Assembly (NCBI GenBank): GCA_963663895.2
Contig: CAXXRD010000002.1
Span: 96,001-160,000 of the forward strand
Origin: Dehalococcoidia bacterium
GTDB lineage: Bacteria > Chloroflexota > Dehalococcoidia > Bin125
DNA: 64,000 nt
Reading direction: 5' to 3'
In this document: piece after piece, positions 19,027-28,882 of the stretch
Numbering within the stretch: position 1 is the first letter of the stretch
Layout of the letters: every line of letters begins with the position of its first letter
The notes under the pieces: generated by a model
The model's input: the letters and a program-made list of their open reading frames with translations, nothing else
What the model was told of the DNA's origin: nothing
Database searches by the model: none
Position numbers and translations under genes: made by a program

Positions 19027-19800
19027 ATGGCCCAACCCGAACAGCCCTCCATACCCCGCCACGTCGCGCTCATCATGGACGGCAACGGGCGCTGGGCGGA
19101 GGCGCGCGGCCTCTCCCGTACCGCCGGGCACCGTGCCGGCACCGAGAACATCCGCACCGTCATTGAGACCTTCGGCGAGCGCGGCGTCGAATGTCTCACG
19201 CTCTACGCCTTTAGCACGGAAAACTGGGGGCGCCCGAAATGGGAAGTGGATTCCCTCCTGCGCATTCTCGCTCGCACCATCCGTAAAGAAGTCCGCCCCC
19301 TCCACGAGGCGGGCGTCCGGCTGCGTTGGATCGGCCGCATCAACGTGCTCCCCGCGCGGCTGCAGCAGCAGATCGAGAATGCCGTCGAGTTGACCCGCCA
19401 CAACGACAAGATGACCGTTTGCGCCGCCTTCAACTACGGCGCGCGCGCGGAGATCGTCGAGGCCGTGCAACGCATCGCCAGCGAGGGCGTTCCGCCCGAC
19501 GCCATCGACGAGGCCCTCGTCGCCAGCCGCCTCTACACGGCCGGCCTTCCCGACCCCGACCTCATCGTCCGCACCGGCGGCGAGTGGCGCCTCTCCAACT
19601 TTCTCCTCTGGCAAGCCGCCTATGCGGAGTACCACAGCACCCCGACCTACTGGCCCGACTTCTCCAAGGCAGACATCGACGAGGCCCTCGCCGTCTACCA
19701 GCGGCGCGTGCGCAAGTTCGGCGCGCTGGTCGACGACGGCCGTGGCAACGGCCCCACCCCCGCGCGCGCCGCCGCGCAGCCCGGTGGGAACGGCGCCTGA
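19027..19800 (+). CDS. uppS: Polyprenyl (undecaprenyl) diphosphate synthase
   Basis: HVALIMDGNGRWA, YAFSTENW, RTGGEWRLSNFLLWQ. Confidence 0.95.
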   Translation: MAQPEQPSIPRHVALIMDGNGRWAEARGLSRTAGHRAGTENIRTVIETFGERGVECLTLYAFSTENWGRPKWEVDSLLRILARTIRKEVRPLHEAGVRLRWIGRINVLPARLQQQIENAVELTRHNDKMTVCAAFNYGARAEIVEAVQRIASEGVPPDAIDEALVASRLYTAGLPDPDLIVRTGGEWRLSNFLLWQAAYAEYHSTPTYWPDFSKADIDEALAVYQRRVRKFGALVDDGRGNGPTPARAAAQPGGNGA

Positions 19801-20685
19801 TTGATGTCGCTCGCCTCCCAGATCTGGAACCGGGGCTGGCGGCTTTTCGTCTCCTCTCCCCTGTTCCTGCGCGTGGTGACCGCCGCGCCGGCCGTGCCGA
19901 TCGTCGTTGTCGCGATCCTGGAGGGTGGCGGGCTCTGGGCCGCTATCGTCGCGCTCACGCTCGTCGTCGCGATGATCGAGTTCGCCTCTGCGGTGGGAAT
20001 CTCCCGGCGCGACCCGCTGCTCGCCATCTTGGTCGCCGCCGCCGCCGCTATCCCGGCCGTCGCCCTTCTCAGTGACATTCCCCGCACCTGGCCCTTGACC
20101 GCAGCACTGCTCGCCCTCGCCGCGTTTCCGATCGCCGCCGGCACCGGCCTGCGCCTCGGCGGCCTGATCAAGCCGACCGATATCCGCGCCCTCGCCCCCC
20201 GCCTGGCCTATGCCGCCTTCGCGCTGATCTATTTCGCCTGGCTGGGCAGCTTCCTCGTCGCCTTGCGAGAACTGCCCCAAGGCGAGGAGTGGACCCTGCT
20301 CGCCCTCTTCGCCGTCATGGCCGCCGACACGGGCGCCTTCGTCGTGGGCAAGCTCGGCGGACGCCGCCCGCTCGTGCCACAGCTCAGCCCCAATAAGACC
20401 GTCGAAGGCGCGCTCGGTGGCTTCGCCGCCGGCTTCGCCACCGTCCTGCTGATCAACCTCCTACCAGATCTCAACGTCCCGCTAGAGAAGATGGTCATCC
20501 TGGCGCTCGTCCTGCCCCTCATGGCCGGGATCGGGGATCTGGCCGAATCCACGCTGAAGCGATCACTGAACGTGAAAGACATCGGCGGCATGCTCCCCGG
20601 CCACGGTGGCGTCCCCGACCGCCTCGACAGCCTGCTCTTCGGCGTGCCGACGGTATACTTTTTTGTACTATGGGCCGTGGTCTGA
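19801..20685 (+). CDS. cdsA: Phosphatidate cytidylyltransferase
   Basis: DTGAF, LSPNKTVEG, GDLAESTLKR..KD..PGHGG..DRLDS. Confidence 0.93.
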   Translation: MMSLASQIWNRGWRLFVSSPLFLRVVTAAPAVPIVVVAILEGGGLWAAIVALTLVVAMIEFASAVGISRRDPLLAILVAAAAAIPAVALLSDIPRTWPLTAALLALAAFPIAAGTGLRLGGLIKPTDIRALAPRLAYAAFALIYFAWLGSFLVALRELPQGEEWTLLALFAVMAADTGAFVVGKLGGRRPLVPQLSPNKTVEGALGGFAAGFATVLLINLLPDLNVPLEKMVILALVLPLMAGIGDLAESTLKRSLNVKDIGGMLPGHGGVPDRLDSLLFGVPTVYFFVLWAVV

Positions 20686-21824
20686 CTCGCGTCCTCGTCC
20701 TCGGCAGCACCGGCAGCATCGGCACCCAAACTCTCGATGTCATCCGTTCCCTCCCGACGCACTTCCAAGTGGTGGGCCTGGCGGCCGGCAGCAATCTCGA
20801 TCTGCTCGCCCAGCAGGCGCGGGAGTTCCATCCTCAACTCCTCTGGTGTGAGCGCGCCGCGCCCGCAGCACTGGCCGACTTGGCTTCCCAAATAGGAGCA
20901 GTGGTGACCCCGCTGGAGGAGATGGTTTCCGCCGTCGATCTCGACGTGGTGGCCGTCGGCACCGCCGGGCGCGCCGGTCTTGAGCCGACCTTGACCGCTC
21001 TCCAGCAAGGCCGCGCCGTCGCCCTCGCGAATAAAGAGGTGATCGTCATGGCCGGCCACCTCGTGCGGCGCGCGGCCGATGAAGGCGGTGGGCAGCTGCG
21101 GCCCGTCGACTCGGAGCACTCGGCGATCTGGCAGTGCCTCTGGGGCGAAGAGGGCAACGACATTCGACGCATCATCCTCACCGCCTCCGGCGGCGCCCTG
21201 CGCAACTTGCCCGCCAGTGCCCTTGCCCAGGTCACGCCCGAGCAGGCGCTCGCCCATCCCACTTGGAAGATGGGCCCCAAGATCACCGTCGACTCCGCCA
21301 CCCTCCTCAACAAAGGGCTGGAAACGATCGAGGCGCGCTGGCTCTTCGACGTGCCCTATGACCGCGTGGAGGTAGTGCAGCACGCCGAATCGATCGTGCA
21401 CTCCCTCGTCGAGTTCGGCGATGGCTCGGTCAAGGCCCAGCTCGGCAATCCAGACATGCGCCTGCCCATTCAGTGCGCACTCAGCTACCCCGGGCGCCTG
21501 CAGCCCACCGTCGCCCCCTTGGACCTCCCCGCGATCGGCGCGCTCACCTTCGAAACGCCCGACCTGGAGCGCTACCCTTGCCTGCGCCTCGCCATGGAGG
21601 CCGGCCGCCAAGGCGGTACCTATCCCACCGTCCTCGCCGCCGCCGACGAGGTCGCCGTCGGCGCCTTCCTCAACGGAGCGATCCGCTTCACGCAGATCCC
21701 AACCGCGATCGCGTCTGCCCTCGACGCGCACACCTCCACCCCAGATCCCACGCTCGGCGCAATCGACGAAGCCGACCGTTGGGCGCGCGACTTCGCCACC
21801 CACTGGCTGGCGGCGCGAGTCTAG
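20670..21824 (+). CDS. dxr: 1-deoxy-D-xylulose 5-phosphate reductoisomerase
   Basis: LGSTGSIGTQTL, ALANKE, PVDSEHSAI, HPTWKMGPKITVDSA. Confidence 0.96.
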   Translation: MGRGLTRVLVLGSTGSIGTQTLDVIRSLPTHFQVVGLAAGSNLDLLAQQAREFHPQLLWCERAAPAALADLASQIGAVVTPLEEMVSAVDLDVVAVGTAGRAGLEPTLTALQQGRAVALANKEVIVMAGHLVRRAADEGGGQLRPVDSEHSAIWQCLWGEEGNDIRRIILTASGGALRNLPASALAQVTPEQALAHPTWKMGPKITVDSATLLNKGLETIEARWLFDVPYDRVEVVQHAESIVHSLVEFGDGSVKAQLGNPDMRLPIQCALSYPGRLQPTVAPLDLPAIGALTFETPDLERYPCLRLAMEAGRQGGTYPTVLAAADEVAVGAFLNGAIRFTQIPTAIASALDAHTSTPDPTLGAIDEADRWARDFATHWLAARV

Positions 21825-21826
21825 CC

Positions 21827-23521
21827 GTGCTCGATACCATCCTCCCCTTCATCGGCATCCTGCTCGGACTCGTGATCCTGCACGAACTCGGCCACTTCGT
21901 CGTGGCCAAGCTCGCGGGTGTGCGCGTCGAAGAGTTCGGTATCGGCATGCCCCCGCGGATCGCCGGCATCCGCTTTGGCGAAACCCTCTACTCGATCAAT
22001 TGGCTGCCCCTGGGCGGCTTCGTGCGCCTCACCGGGGAGGAAAGCGCGCGCGTCTTCGTCGCCACCGTCAACGCCCAGAGTGCCGCCGCCCGCGCCGGTC
22101 TGCACGCGGGCGACGTCATCCTGAAAGTCGACGGCACGCCCGTCCACAGCGACGAGCAACTCGCCAAGCAACTCCGCCTGGCCGCCGCCGACAGCGGCCC
22201 GATCCCGATCGAGATCGAGCGCGAGCAGCAGGGGGCGCGGGGGGCCGAACTGGAACGGCGCACCCTCCTGCTAGAGCCGCAGACGGTCCCCGCCACAGCG
22301 ACCGCTGCGGCAGCGCGCCCCGCCGGGCCCGCTGCCGGGATCGGCAGCATCGCCGGCATCCAAACCAGCCCGGACCCTCGCTCCCTCGCCACCAAGCCGC
22401 GCCCCGTGCGCATCGCCGTGATGGCGGCCGGCGCCGTCACCAACTTCATCGTCCCGATCGTGCTCTTCGCCGTCGCTGCGCTCATTCCCCAAGCCGCGCC
22501 CGGGGGCCCCGCGGTCATCACCTCCGTCGTCGAAGGCGCCCCCGCCGAACGCGCCGGACTGCGGGCCGGCGATCGCGTAGTCAGCATCAACGGCGAGCCG
22601 ATCCGACACGCCGGCGACCTTTCTCTCGCCATTCAACTGAACGTCGGCAACCAAGTGGAGTTCGTTGTCGAGCGGGAGGTCTACGCGGAGGGCACTGCCC
22701 AACGCCAGAGCTTCCAGCTACAGCTCTTCACGACCGTCGTGCAAGCACGGCTCGCGCCGCAGGACCTCGATCACGTCGTGCAGCCGGACGAAACCATCCA
22801 CGACATCGCTGCCCTGCTGGGTGTGAGCGCCACCCAAGTCCTGCGCGGCGCCGGCCTCGGCGCCGGCTTTCCCATCGACGAGGGCACCGAGCTCGTGCTC
22901 GCGGACGGCACCCGCTACGTCGTCCAGCAAGACGATACCGCGGAGTCGATCGCCGACGACCTGTTCGTCCGCAACCAAGTGATCTACGACGCCGCCGGCA
23001 TCGACCCCATACGGCTGGAGCCCGGCATGACGGTCAGCGTGGAGCAAGGCCCCACCGGCATCACCATCGCCAATCTCCGCCCCACCACCGTCACGGAGCG
23101 CTCGGACTTCTTCGCCGCCGTCGAGACCGGATGGACGCGCACCGTCGACACGTTCATGCTCGTACGTAATCGCATTCGCTCCTGGATCGCCGGCGGCGAC
23201 CCCATCACGGTCAGCGGCCCCATCGGCTTGGCCCGCGCCACGGACGAGATCGTCGAACGCGCCGGCTGGCTGCGCCTGATCGAACTCGCTGCGCTCCTCA
23301 GCCTCAACCTGGCCGTGATCAACATCCTGCCCCTGCCCATGCTTGATGGCGGCCGCATCATGTTCGTCCTGATCGAGATCGCCCGGCGCGGCCGCCGGAT
23401 CTCCCCCGAGAAAGAGGGCCTAGTGCACCTCACCGGCTTCGCGATCATCATCGCCTTCATGGTGATCGTCGGCTACTTCGACGTCATCCGCGCTATCGCC
23501 GGCGAAAGCGCTCTGCGCTAA
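21827..23521 (+). CDS. rseP: RseP/RasP site-2 (M50) intramembrane protease with two PDZ domains and two LysM-like repeats
   Basis: HELGH, LPLGGFVR, AVINILPLPMLDGG; position after dxr; PDZ-like SAAARAGLHAGDVILKVDG and APAERAGLRAGDRVVSING; LysM-like HVVQPDETIHDIA and YVVQQDDTAESIA. Confidence 0.9.
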   Translation: MLDTILPFIGILLGLVILHELGHFVVAKLAGVRVEEFGIGMPPRIAGIRFGETLYSINWLPLGGFVRLTGEESARVFVATVNAQSAAARAGLHAGDVILKVDGTPVHSDEQLAKQLRLAAADSGPIPIEIEREQQGARGAELERRTLLLEPQTVPATATAAAARPAGPAAGIGSIAGIQTSPDPRSLATKPRPVRIAVMAAGAVTNFIVPIVLFAVAALIPQAAPGGPAVITSVVEGAPAERAGLRAGDRVVSINGEPIRHAGDLSLAIQLNVGNQVEFVVEREVYAEGTAQRQSFQLQLFTTVVQARLAPQDLDHVVQPDETIHDIAALLGVSATQVLRGAGLGAGFPIDEGTELVLADGTRYVVQQDDTAESIADDLFVRNQVIYDAAGIDPIRLEPGMTVSVEQGPTGITIANLRPTTVTERSDFFAAVETGWTRTVDTFMLVRNRIRSWIAGGDPITVSGPIGLARATDEIVERAGWLRLIELAALLSLNLAVINILPLPMLDGGRIMFVLIEIARRGRRISPEKEGLVHLTGFAIIIAFMVIVGYFDVIRAIAGESALR

Positions 23522-23562
23522 GCGGGAAGCGCAAGCACGCTCCCGCAAACCACAAGCCGGGG

Positions 23563-24699
23563 CTAGACGGCGGTGCGCTCCGCGATGATCGCGTCCAACT
23601 CCACCCGCAGCCTCCCCAACACCTCGTCGTACGCGTAGGCGCCCAAGCTTTCCTCGCCTCGCTTGAGGTTGACCGCCACCGGCCCGCACCACAAGCCAAG
23701 ATCCGCGTCGTCCGTTTCTCCAGGGCCGTTCACCCGGCAGCCCATCACCGCGATCGTGACATCGTGATCCTTGGCATAGGCCGTCATCTCCTTGACATCC
23801 TGCGCCAGCTCGATGAACGCCTCGTTCTCCACTCGCGAGCAGGACGGACAGGAGATGATGTTCAACCCTTGGTCCAGCGAGGCGGGCACCGACCGGAACC
23901 GCCCCGCCTGAATATCCGCGATGATCTCCCGCGCCACCGTCACCTCGCGCCCCTTCTCCTCGAAAGGCACCGTCAGGGAGACCCGCACCGTGTCGCCGAT
24001 CCCCTGCGTGATCAGCTGCTCGAAAGCCACCCGCGTCTTGATCTCACCCTCCGGCGGCATCCCCGCCTCCGTCACTCCCAAGTGCAGCGGGACATCGGGC
24101 CGTTCTGCCGCAAAGCGTCGATTGCCCTCGACCACCTTGCGCCAGTCCGAATCCTTCAGGGAAACCACGTAGCGCTCAAACCCCATCCGGTCCAGCAACG
24201 CACAATGCTCCAGCGCGCTGGCCACCATCCCGCTGACGTGATCGCTGCCGTAGCGCTCCAACATCCGCGGATCGACCGAGCCGCAATTCACGCCCACGCG
24301 CAGCGCGCAGTCGTGCTCCATCGCCGTCTCCGCCAGGAACGCTACCTTCTCCTCAATGGCGCGATCCTTCTCGTGGTGGTGAAGGTGCCCGGGGTTGTAG
24401 CGCATCTTGTCCACGTGCGGCGCCACCAACGCCGCCAGCCGGTAATTCTCCTGCAGGTCGACCGAGAGCGGCGCCGACGTCCGCCGCCGTACTTCCGCCA
24501 GCGCGGCCACGTCGCGCTTCGAGTCCACTGCCACCCGCACCAGATCGGCCCCGGCGGCCTCGATCAGCTCCACCTGCCGCACCGTCGCATCGATGTCCTG
24601 CGTACGCGTCGCGGCCATCGACTGGACCGCGATCGGCGCCCCTCCGCCCAGCGTCAGCGGCCCAACCCCGACAGCGCGTGTGATCCGACGTTCGGCCAT
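23563..24699 (-). CDS. ispG: HMBPP synthase IspG
   Basis: [54 protein letters not shown]. Confidence 0.94.
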   Translation of the reverse strand: MAERRITRAVGVGPLTLGGGAPIAVQSMAATRTQDIDATVRQVELIEAAGADLVRVAVDSKRDVAALAEVRRRTSAPLSVDLQENYRLAALVAPHVDKMRYNPGHLHHHEKDRAIEEKVAFLAETAMEHDCALRVGVNCGSVDPRMLERYGSDHVSGMVASALEHCALLDRMGFERYVVSLKDSDWRKVVEGNRRFAAERPDVPLHLGVTEAGMPPEGEIKTRVAFEQLITQGIGDTVRVSLTVPFEEKGREVTVAREIIADIQAGRFRSVPASLDQGLNIISCPSCSRVENEAFIELAQDVKEMTAYAKDHDVTIAVMGCRVNGPGETDDADLGLWCGPVAVNLKRGEESLGAYAYDEVLGRLRVELDAIIAERTAV

Positions 24700-24810
24700 C
24701 GCCGCCCTTCAGCCATCCGGCTCACGGGGGCATTCTCGCACCGGCAGCGAGGCGCGAGCCAGCACCATGTTACGCGACCCCGCAATGCGCGCGGTCGGTA
24801 CCCTGCACCC

Positions 24811-25137
24811 GTGCCCTTCGACGCCATCTTCCTCACGCTCTTCTTCCTCACCTGGTGCCTGCTGGCGCTGCTGCCGTGGATCGCGCTGAGCGTCCGGCGG
24901 CAAGCCCACGGAGCGATCTGGGCCTTCCCCTTCGCGCTCGTGGGAGGAGCCGCGGGCGGCATGCTCGTGCCGCTCCTCGGCCTGGACAACGGCCTGGGCG
25001 TGGGCGTCAGCATGCTCACCGCTCCCACCGGCGGCGCGCTCCTCAGCGCGCTCGCTTTTTTCGCTTGGGACCGGTACACGCTCGGCCAACGGTTCGCCCG
25101 GCTCGGCCTGCAGCAACCGACGCCGCCCCGCCGCTAA
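24811..25137 (+). CDS. Small integral membrane protein (three hydrophobic segments)
   Basis: GTG-started hydrophobic ORF FLTLFFLTWCLLALLPW..GGAAGGMLVPLLG. Confidence 0.6.
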   Translation: MPFDAIFLTLFFLTWCLLALLPWIALSVRRQAHGAIWAFPFALVGGAAGGMLVPLLGLDNGLGVGVSMLTAPTGGALLSALAFFAWDRYTLGQRFARLGLQQPTPPRR

Positions 25138-25184
25138 TCTCCTCATGGCCCGCAAGCGGGACCGTGGCTACACTCAACGACGCC

Positions 25185-26900
25185 ATGGCCACCCGCATGA
25201 GCCAGCTGTTCGGGCGCACACTGCGCGAGGCGCCAGCCGAGGCCGAGAGCGCCAATCACCAGCTACTTCTGCGCGCCGGCTTGATCGCCCAGCTCTCCGC
25301 CGGCGTGTATTCCTATCTGCCGCTGGCCTGGCGAGCGCTACGGAAGATCGAGGCGATTATCCGCGACGAAATGGACGCCGCCAGCGCCCAAGAACTCCTC
25401 ATGCCGATCATCCAGCCACTCGAACTCTGGCGCGAGACCGGCCGGGACGAAGCCTACGGCGAGGTGCTCTTCCGCCTGCGCGACCGGCGCGAGCACGAGC
25501 ACGTCCTCGCTCCCACCCACGAAGAGTCGGTCACGGACCTCGTGCGCCGGACCGTGCAGTCCTACCGCGAGCTGCCGGTGACGCTCTACCAAATCCAGCA
25601 GAAATTCCGCGACGAGCCGCGGCCGCGTGGCGGCCTGGTCCGCGTCCGTCAATTCATCATGAAGGATGCGTACTCCTTCGATCGCGATGAGGAAGGATTC
25701 CAGCGCTCCTACGACGCTATGAGACGCGCCTACGCCAACATCTTCGACCGGTGCGGCGTTCCCACCCTGCCGGTCGAGGCCGATTCCGGCGCCATCGGCG
25801 GCAAGATCTCCCAGGAGTTCGTCTTCCTCTCCGAAATTGGCGAGGACACCATCGCCCTCTGCCCCAGTTGCCGCTACGGCGCCAACACCGAACGCGCGGA
25901 GTTCCGGCGCGGCGACCCCGTCCAGGAAACCCCTCTCCCCTTGGAGGAGATCGCCACGCCGGAGATCACAACCATTGAGGCCCTGGCCGACTACCTGCAG
26001 ATCGCCCCGCGCCAAACTGCCAAGGCGATCTTCTACCTCGCCGATGGCGCGCCCATCTTCGCCGTGATCCGCGGCGACCTCGGAGTGAACGAAGTCAAGC
26101 TGGCTAACCTCCTCGGCGCCCGCGACCTCCGTTCCATGGACGACCAAGCAGTCGCCGCCGCTGGTTGGACGGCCGGCTACGCGTCGCCCATCGGCCTCAA
26201 GAACGTCCGCGCCGTCGCCGACATCTCCATACCGGATGCCTCCAACCTCGTCGCGGGCGCGAACAAGCCCAACACGCACCTCGGCAACACCAACTACGGC
26301 CGCGACTGGACTGCCGAGATCGTCGGCGACATCGGCTCCGCCCAGGCAGGTCTGCCCTGTCCCCGCTGTGGCGAGCCGCTGGAAACGCACCGAGCCATCG
26401 AGCTGGGCCACGTCTTCAAGCTCGGCACCGGCTATAGCGAGAAGATGGCCACCACCTTTTCCGCCGCCGACGGCGAGCAGCGCTTTCCCATCATGGGCTG
26501 CTACGGCATCGGCTTGGAGCGACTGCTGGCCGCGGTCATCGAAGCCAATCACGACGAGGGCGGAATCCGCTGGCCCCGCTCCGTCGCCCCCTACGACATC
26601 CACATCGTCGCCATCGACGCAGACAGGGACGAGGTCCGCGCACTCGTCGCGTCGGTGGCAGCAGAGCTGGAAGCCGCCGGCTACAGCCTCCTCATTGACG
26701 ACCGGGACGAGCGCCCCGGAGTCAAGTTCAACGACGCCGACCTCCTCGGCATGCCGCTACGGCTCACGCTCGGCCCCCGCAGCCTCAAGAACGATGCCGT
26801 GGAGCTCAAAGCCCGCAACACCGCAGCGGTGCAGCAAGTCGCGCGCGCCAACCTCCTCGCCGCGACCACCGCCGCTTTCACCGACGCGGCGGCCTGCTAG
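25185..26900 (+). CDS. proS: Proline--tRNA ligase (with editing domain)
   Basis: LAPTHEE, KFRDEPRPRGGL, MKDAYSF, IELGHVFKLG, MGCYGIG, DDRDERPGVKF. Confidence 0.96.
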   Translation: MATRMSQLFGRTLREAPAEAESANHQLLLRAGLIAQLSAGVYSYLPLAWRALRKIEAIIRDEMDAASAQELLMPIIQPLELWRETGRDEAYGEVLFRLRDRREHEHVLAPTHEESVTDLVRRTVQSYRELPVTLYQIQQKFRDEPRPRGGLVRVRQFIMKDAYSFDRDEEGFQRSYDAMRRAYANIFDRCGVPTLPVEADSGAIGGKISQEFVFLSEIGEDTIALCPSCRYGANTERAEFRRGDPVQETPLPLEEIATPEITTIEALADYLQIAPRQTAKAIFYLADGAPIFAVIRGDLGVNEVKLANLLGARDLRSMDDQAVAAAGWTAGYASPIGLKNVRAVADISIPDASNLVAGANKPNTHLGNTNYGRDWTAEIVGDIGSAQAGLPCPRCGEPLETHRAIELGHVFKLGTGYSEKMATTFSAADGEQRFPIMGCYGIGLERLLAAVIEANHDEGGIRWPRSVAPYDIHIVAIDADRDEVRALVASVAAELEAAGYSLLIDDRDERPGVKFNDADLLGMPLRLTLGPRSLKNDAVELKARNTAAVQQVARANLLAATTAAFTDAAAC

Positions 26901-26979
26901 CCCCGTACCCGTAAAACAGGGTAGTTATAGACAATAGTAGCACTCCTATGGTACTATAAGTACGTAAAGGGGGTGCGTA

Positions 26980-27912
26980 ATGGCCGGTGGACCGGGGCGA
27001 TCGGAGCGGGAAGGGCTGACGCTGGCGGAGCTGTTCAAGCGGTTCCCCGACGATGCGAAGGCAGAGGCATGGTTCGTAGCAGGGCGCTGGTCAGATGGCC
27101 CGATCTGCCCGCACTGTGAGTCCGACACGATCAAGATCGGCCCGAAGCATCCGACGATGCCCTACCGCTGCCGTGCCTGCAAGAAGTACTTCAGCGTCAA
27201 GATGGGGACCGTGATGGAGGGGTCGAACCTCGGCTACCAGACGTGGGCCATTGCGATTTACCGCATGACGACCAGTCTGCGCGGCGTCTCCAGCATGCAG
27301 CTTCACCGCGATCTGGGGATCTCCCAGAAGGCGGCTTGGCACTTGGCCCACCGCATCCGGCAGGCGTTCGGCACGCCAGCGGAACCGATGGCCGGCCCGG
27401 TCGAAGTGGATGAGACCTACATCGGCGGACTGGAAGGCAACAAGCACGAATCCAAGCGCCAGCACCGGGGCCATGATGGCAAAGTCGCGGTCATTGGCGC
27501 GAAGGACCGGGCGACCGGGAAGGTGCGAGCGGAAGTGCTCGGCAAGGCGGAAGCGCCCCGCATGCGGGAGTTCGTGCGGCGGCAGGCGGCTCCGAAAGCG
27601 TCGGTCTACTCGGACGGGCATGGAGCCTACACGTCGCTGGAAGGAGAGTTCCGCCACCGCGCGGTCCAGCATGCGGCGGGAACCTACGTCATCTTCGATA
27701 CGCACACGAACGGGATCGAGGGGTTCTGGTCGCAACTCAAGCGCGGCTACCACGGAACCTACACGCATTGGAGCGCGAAGCACACGCACCGCTACCTGGA
27801 TGAGTTCACAGGCCGCTACAACGCCCGGAGCGCAGACACCGTGGACCAGATGGCGGGCATCGCCAAGGGGATGCAGGGGAAGCGGCTCCGATACCGAGAA
27901 CTCGTGGCTTAA
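26980..27912 (+). CDS. IS1595-family DDE transposase
   Basis: CPHC..CRAC zinc ribbon, HTH (QLHRDLGISQKAAWHLAHRIR), VEVDETY, YSDG..AY, HTNGIEGFWSQLKR. Confidence 0.95.
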   Translation: MAGGPGRSEREGLTLAELFKRFPDDAKAEAWFVAGRWSDGPICPHCESDTIKIGPKHPTMPYRCRACKKYFSVKMGTVMEGSNLGYQTWAIAIYRMTTSLRGVSSMQLHRDLGISQKAAWHLAHRIRQAFGTPAEPMAGPVEVDETYIGGLEGNKHESKRQHRGHDGKVAVIGAKDRATGKVRAEVLGKAEAPRMREFVRRQAAPKASVYSDGHGAYTSLEGEFRHRAVQHAAGTYVIFDTHTNGIEGFWSQLKRGYHGTYTHWSAKHTHRYLDEFTGRYNARSADTVDQMAGIAKGMQGKRLRYRELVA

Positions 27913-28724
27913 TCTGTCGGCAGACCAGACGGTAGTTGCAGGATGCGATCGAGGTGGGGCAGCGCGTCGGGAAAGCGATCCTGGAAGTACGCGTGCGCCC
28001 GCGTTGGCAGCCAGACCTCGTGGAAGTACCGGCGAAAATCCGCCAAGTGCTCAATCGGGTAGAGTCGCGCCTGCACGGTGGGGCGTCGCCCGTCAATGAA
28101 CTCGTGGTCATAGGTGGGGAACTGGTTGGGGTCGATGCCTCTTCGCCGGAGGAAATCGGAGAACATGCGGCCCGTCGAAATGTCCGGCATCATCCTGTCT
28201 GGCGGAATCACCCCCACGTCTTCCAAAGGCGCGAGCAGGTGTAGGTAAATCTCATTCAGCATCGAGAAATGGGTGTGGGGAATCTTCGCCCGATTCTTCA
28301 AGAATCGCTGAATGTGGACGGGCATGTAAGCCCGGAAGTTGCCCGACATCCAGTCGTAGACCCACCGGTTTACCTTGACTGCGAACTCGGGCGAGAGCCA
28401 TTGGCCGAGGTGCGTAGCAACTTGGGGGTGAACCCAAGTACCCTGCAACTGTGGCTCCCCTCCTTTGATGATCTGCACGAGTTCCGATATGGGAATTCCC
28501 ATATCGGCTGAAAGTTCATCAAGGTACGCCTTCGTTTGGCTGTTTCGGTGGTAGTCCGCAAATAACTTCCCTGCTTCCTGGCAGAGCCTCGTAGCGTTGA
28601 TGTAACCGTCGCGCGGTCGCTGAGGAACGAGGCCGCCATTGGCCGGGTGTTCGATGATGAGGGGGAGCTGCTGAAACTCCATGGGTTTTGTGAGAGCGCG
28701 TTGTTTCTTGTTCATCTCTGGCAT
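27909..28724 (-). CDS. KilA-N domain protein with BstA-like C-terminal domain
   Basis: DGYINATRLC..GK, GTWVHPQVATHLGQWLSPEFAVKV (KilA-N); C-terminal IPHTHFS..E..PDISTG..YDHEF..LYP..FRRYF. Confidence 0.85.
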   Translation of the reverse strand: MPEMNKKQRALTKPMEFQQLPLIIEHPANGGLVPQRPRDGYINATRLCQEAGKLFADYHRNSQTKAYLDELSADMGIPISELVQIIKGGEPQLQGTWVHPQVATHLGQWLSPEFAVKVNRWVYDWMSGNFRAYMPVHIQRFLKNRAKIPHTHFSMLNEIYLHLLAPLEDVGVIPPDRMMPDISTGRMFSDFLRRRGIDPNQFPTYDHEFIDGRRPTVQARLYPIEHLADFRRYFHEVWLPTRAHAYFQDRFPDALPHLDRILQLPSGLPTD

Positions 28725-28882
28725 CCCTGCCCGTATGCCACGCTCTCTATACCGCAGATGCCCCGGCTGCTGTGGTCCGAACGGGGAAAAGTCACGATTT
28801 CTCGTAGACGGATTGTGTATTGAGGGGAAAATGTGCAGGTTTGGAGACGCGAGCAGAACGGGGGCAGGCTATCCGAACCCCG

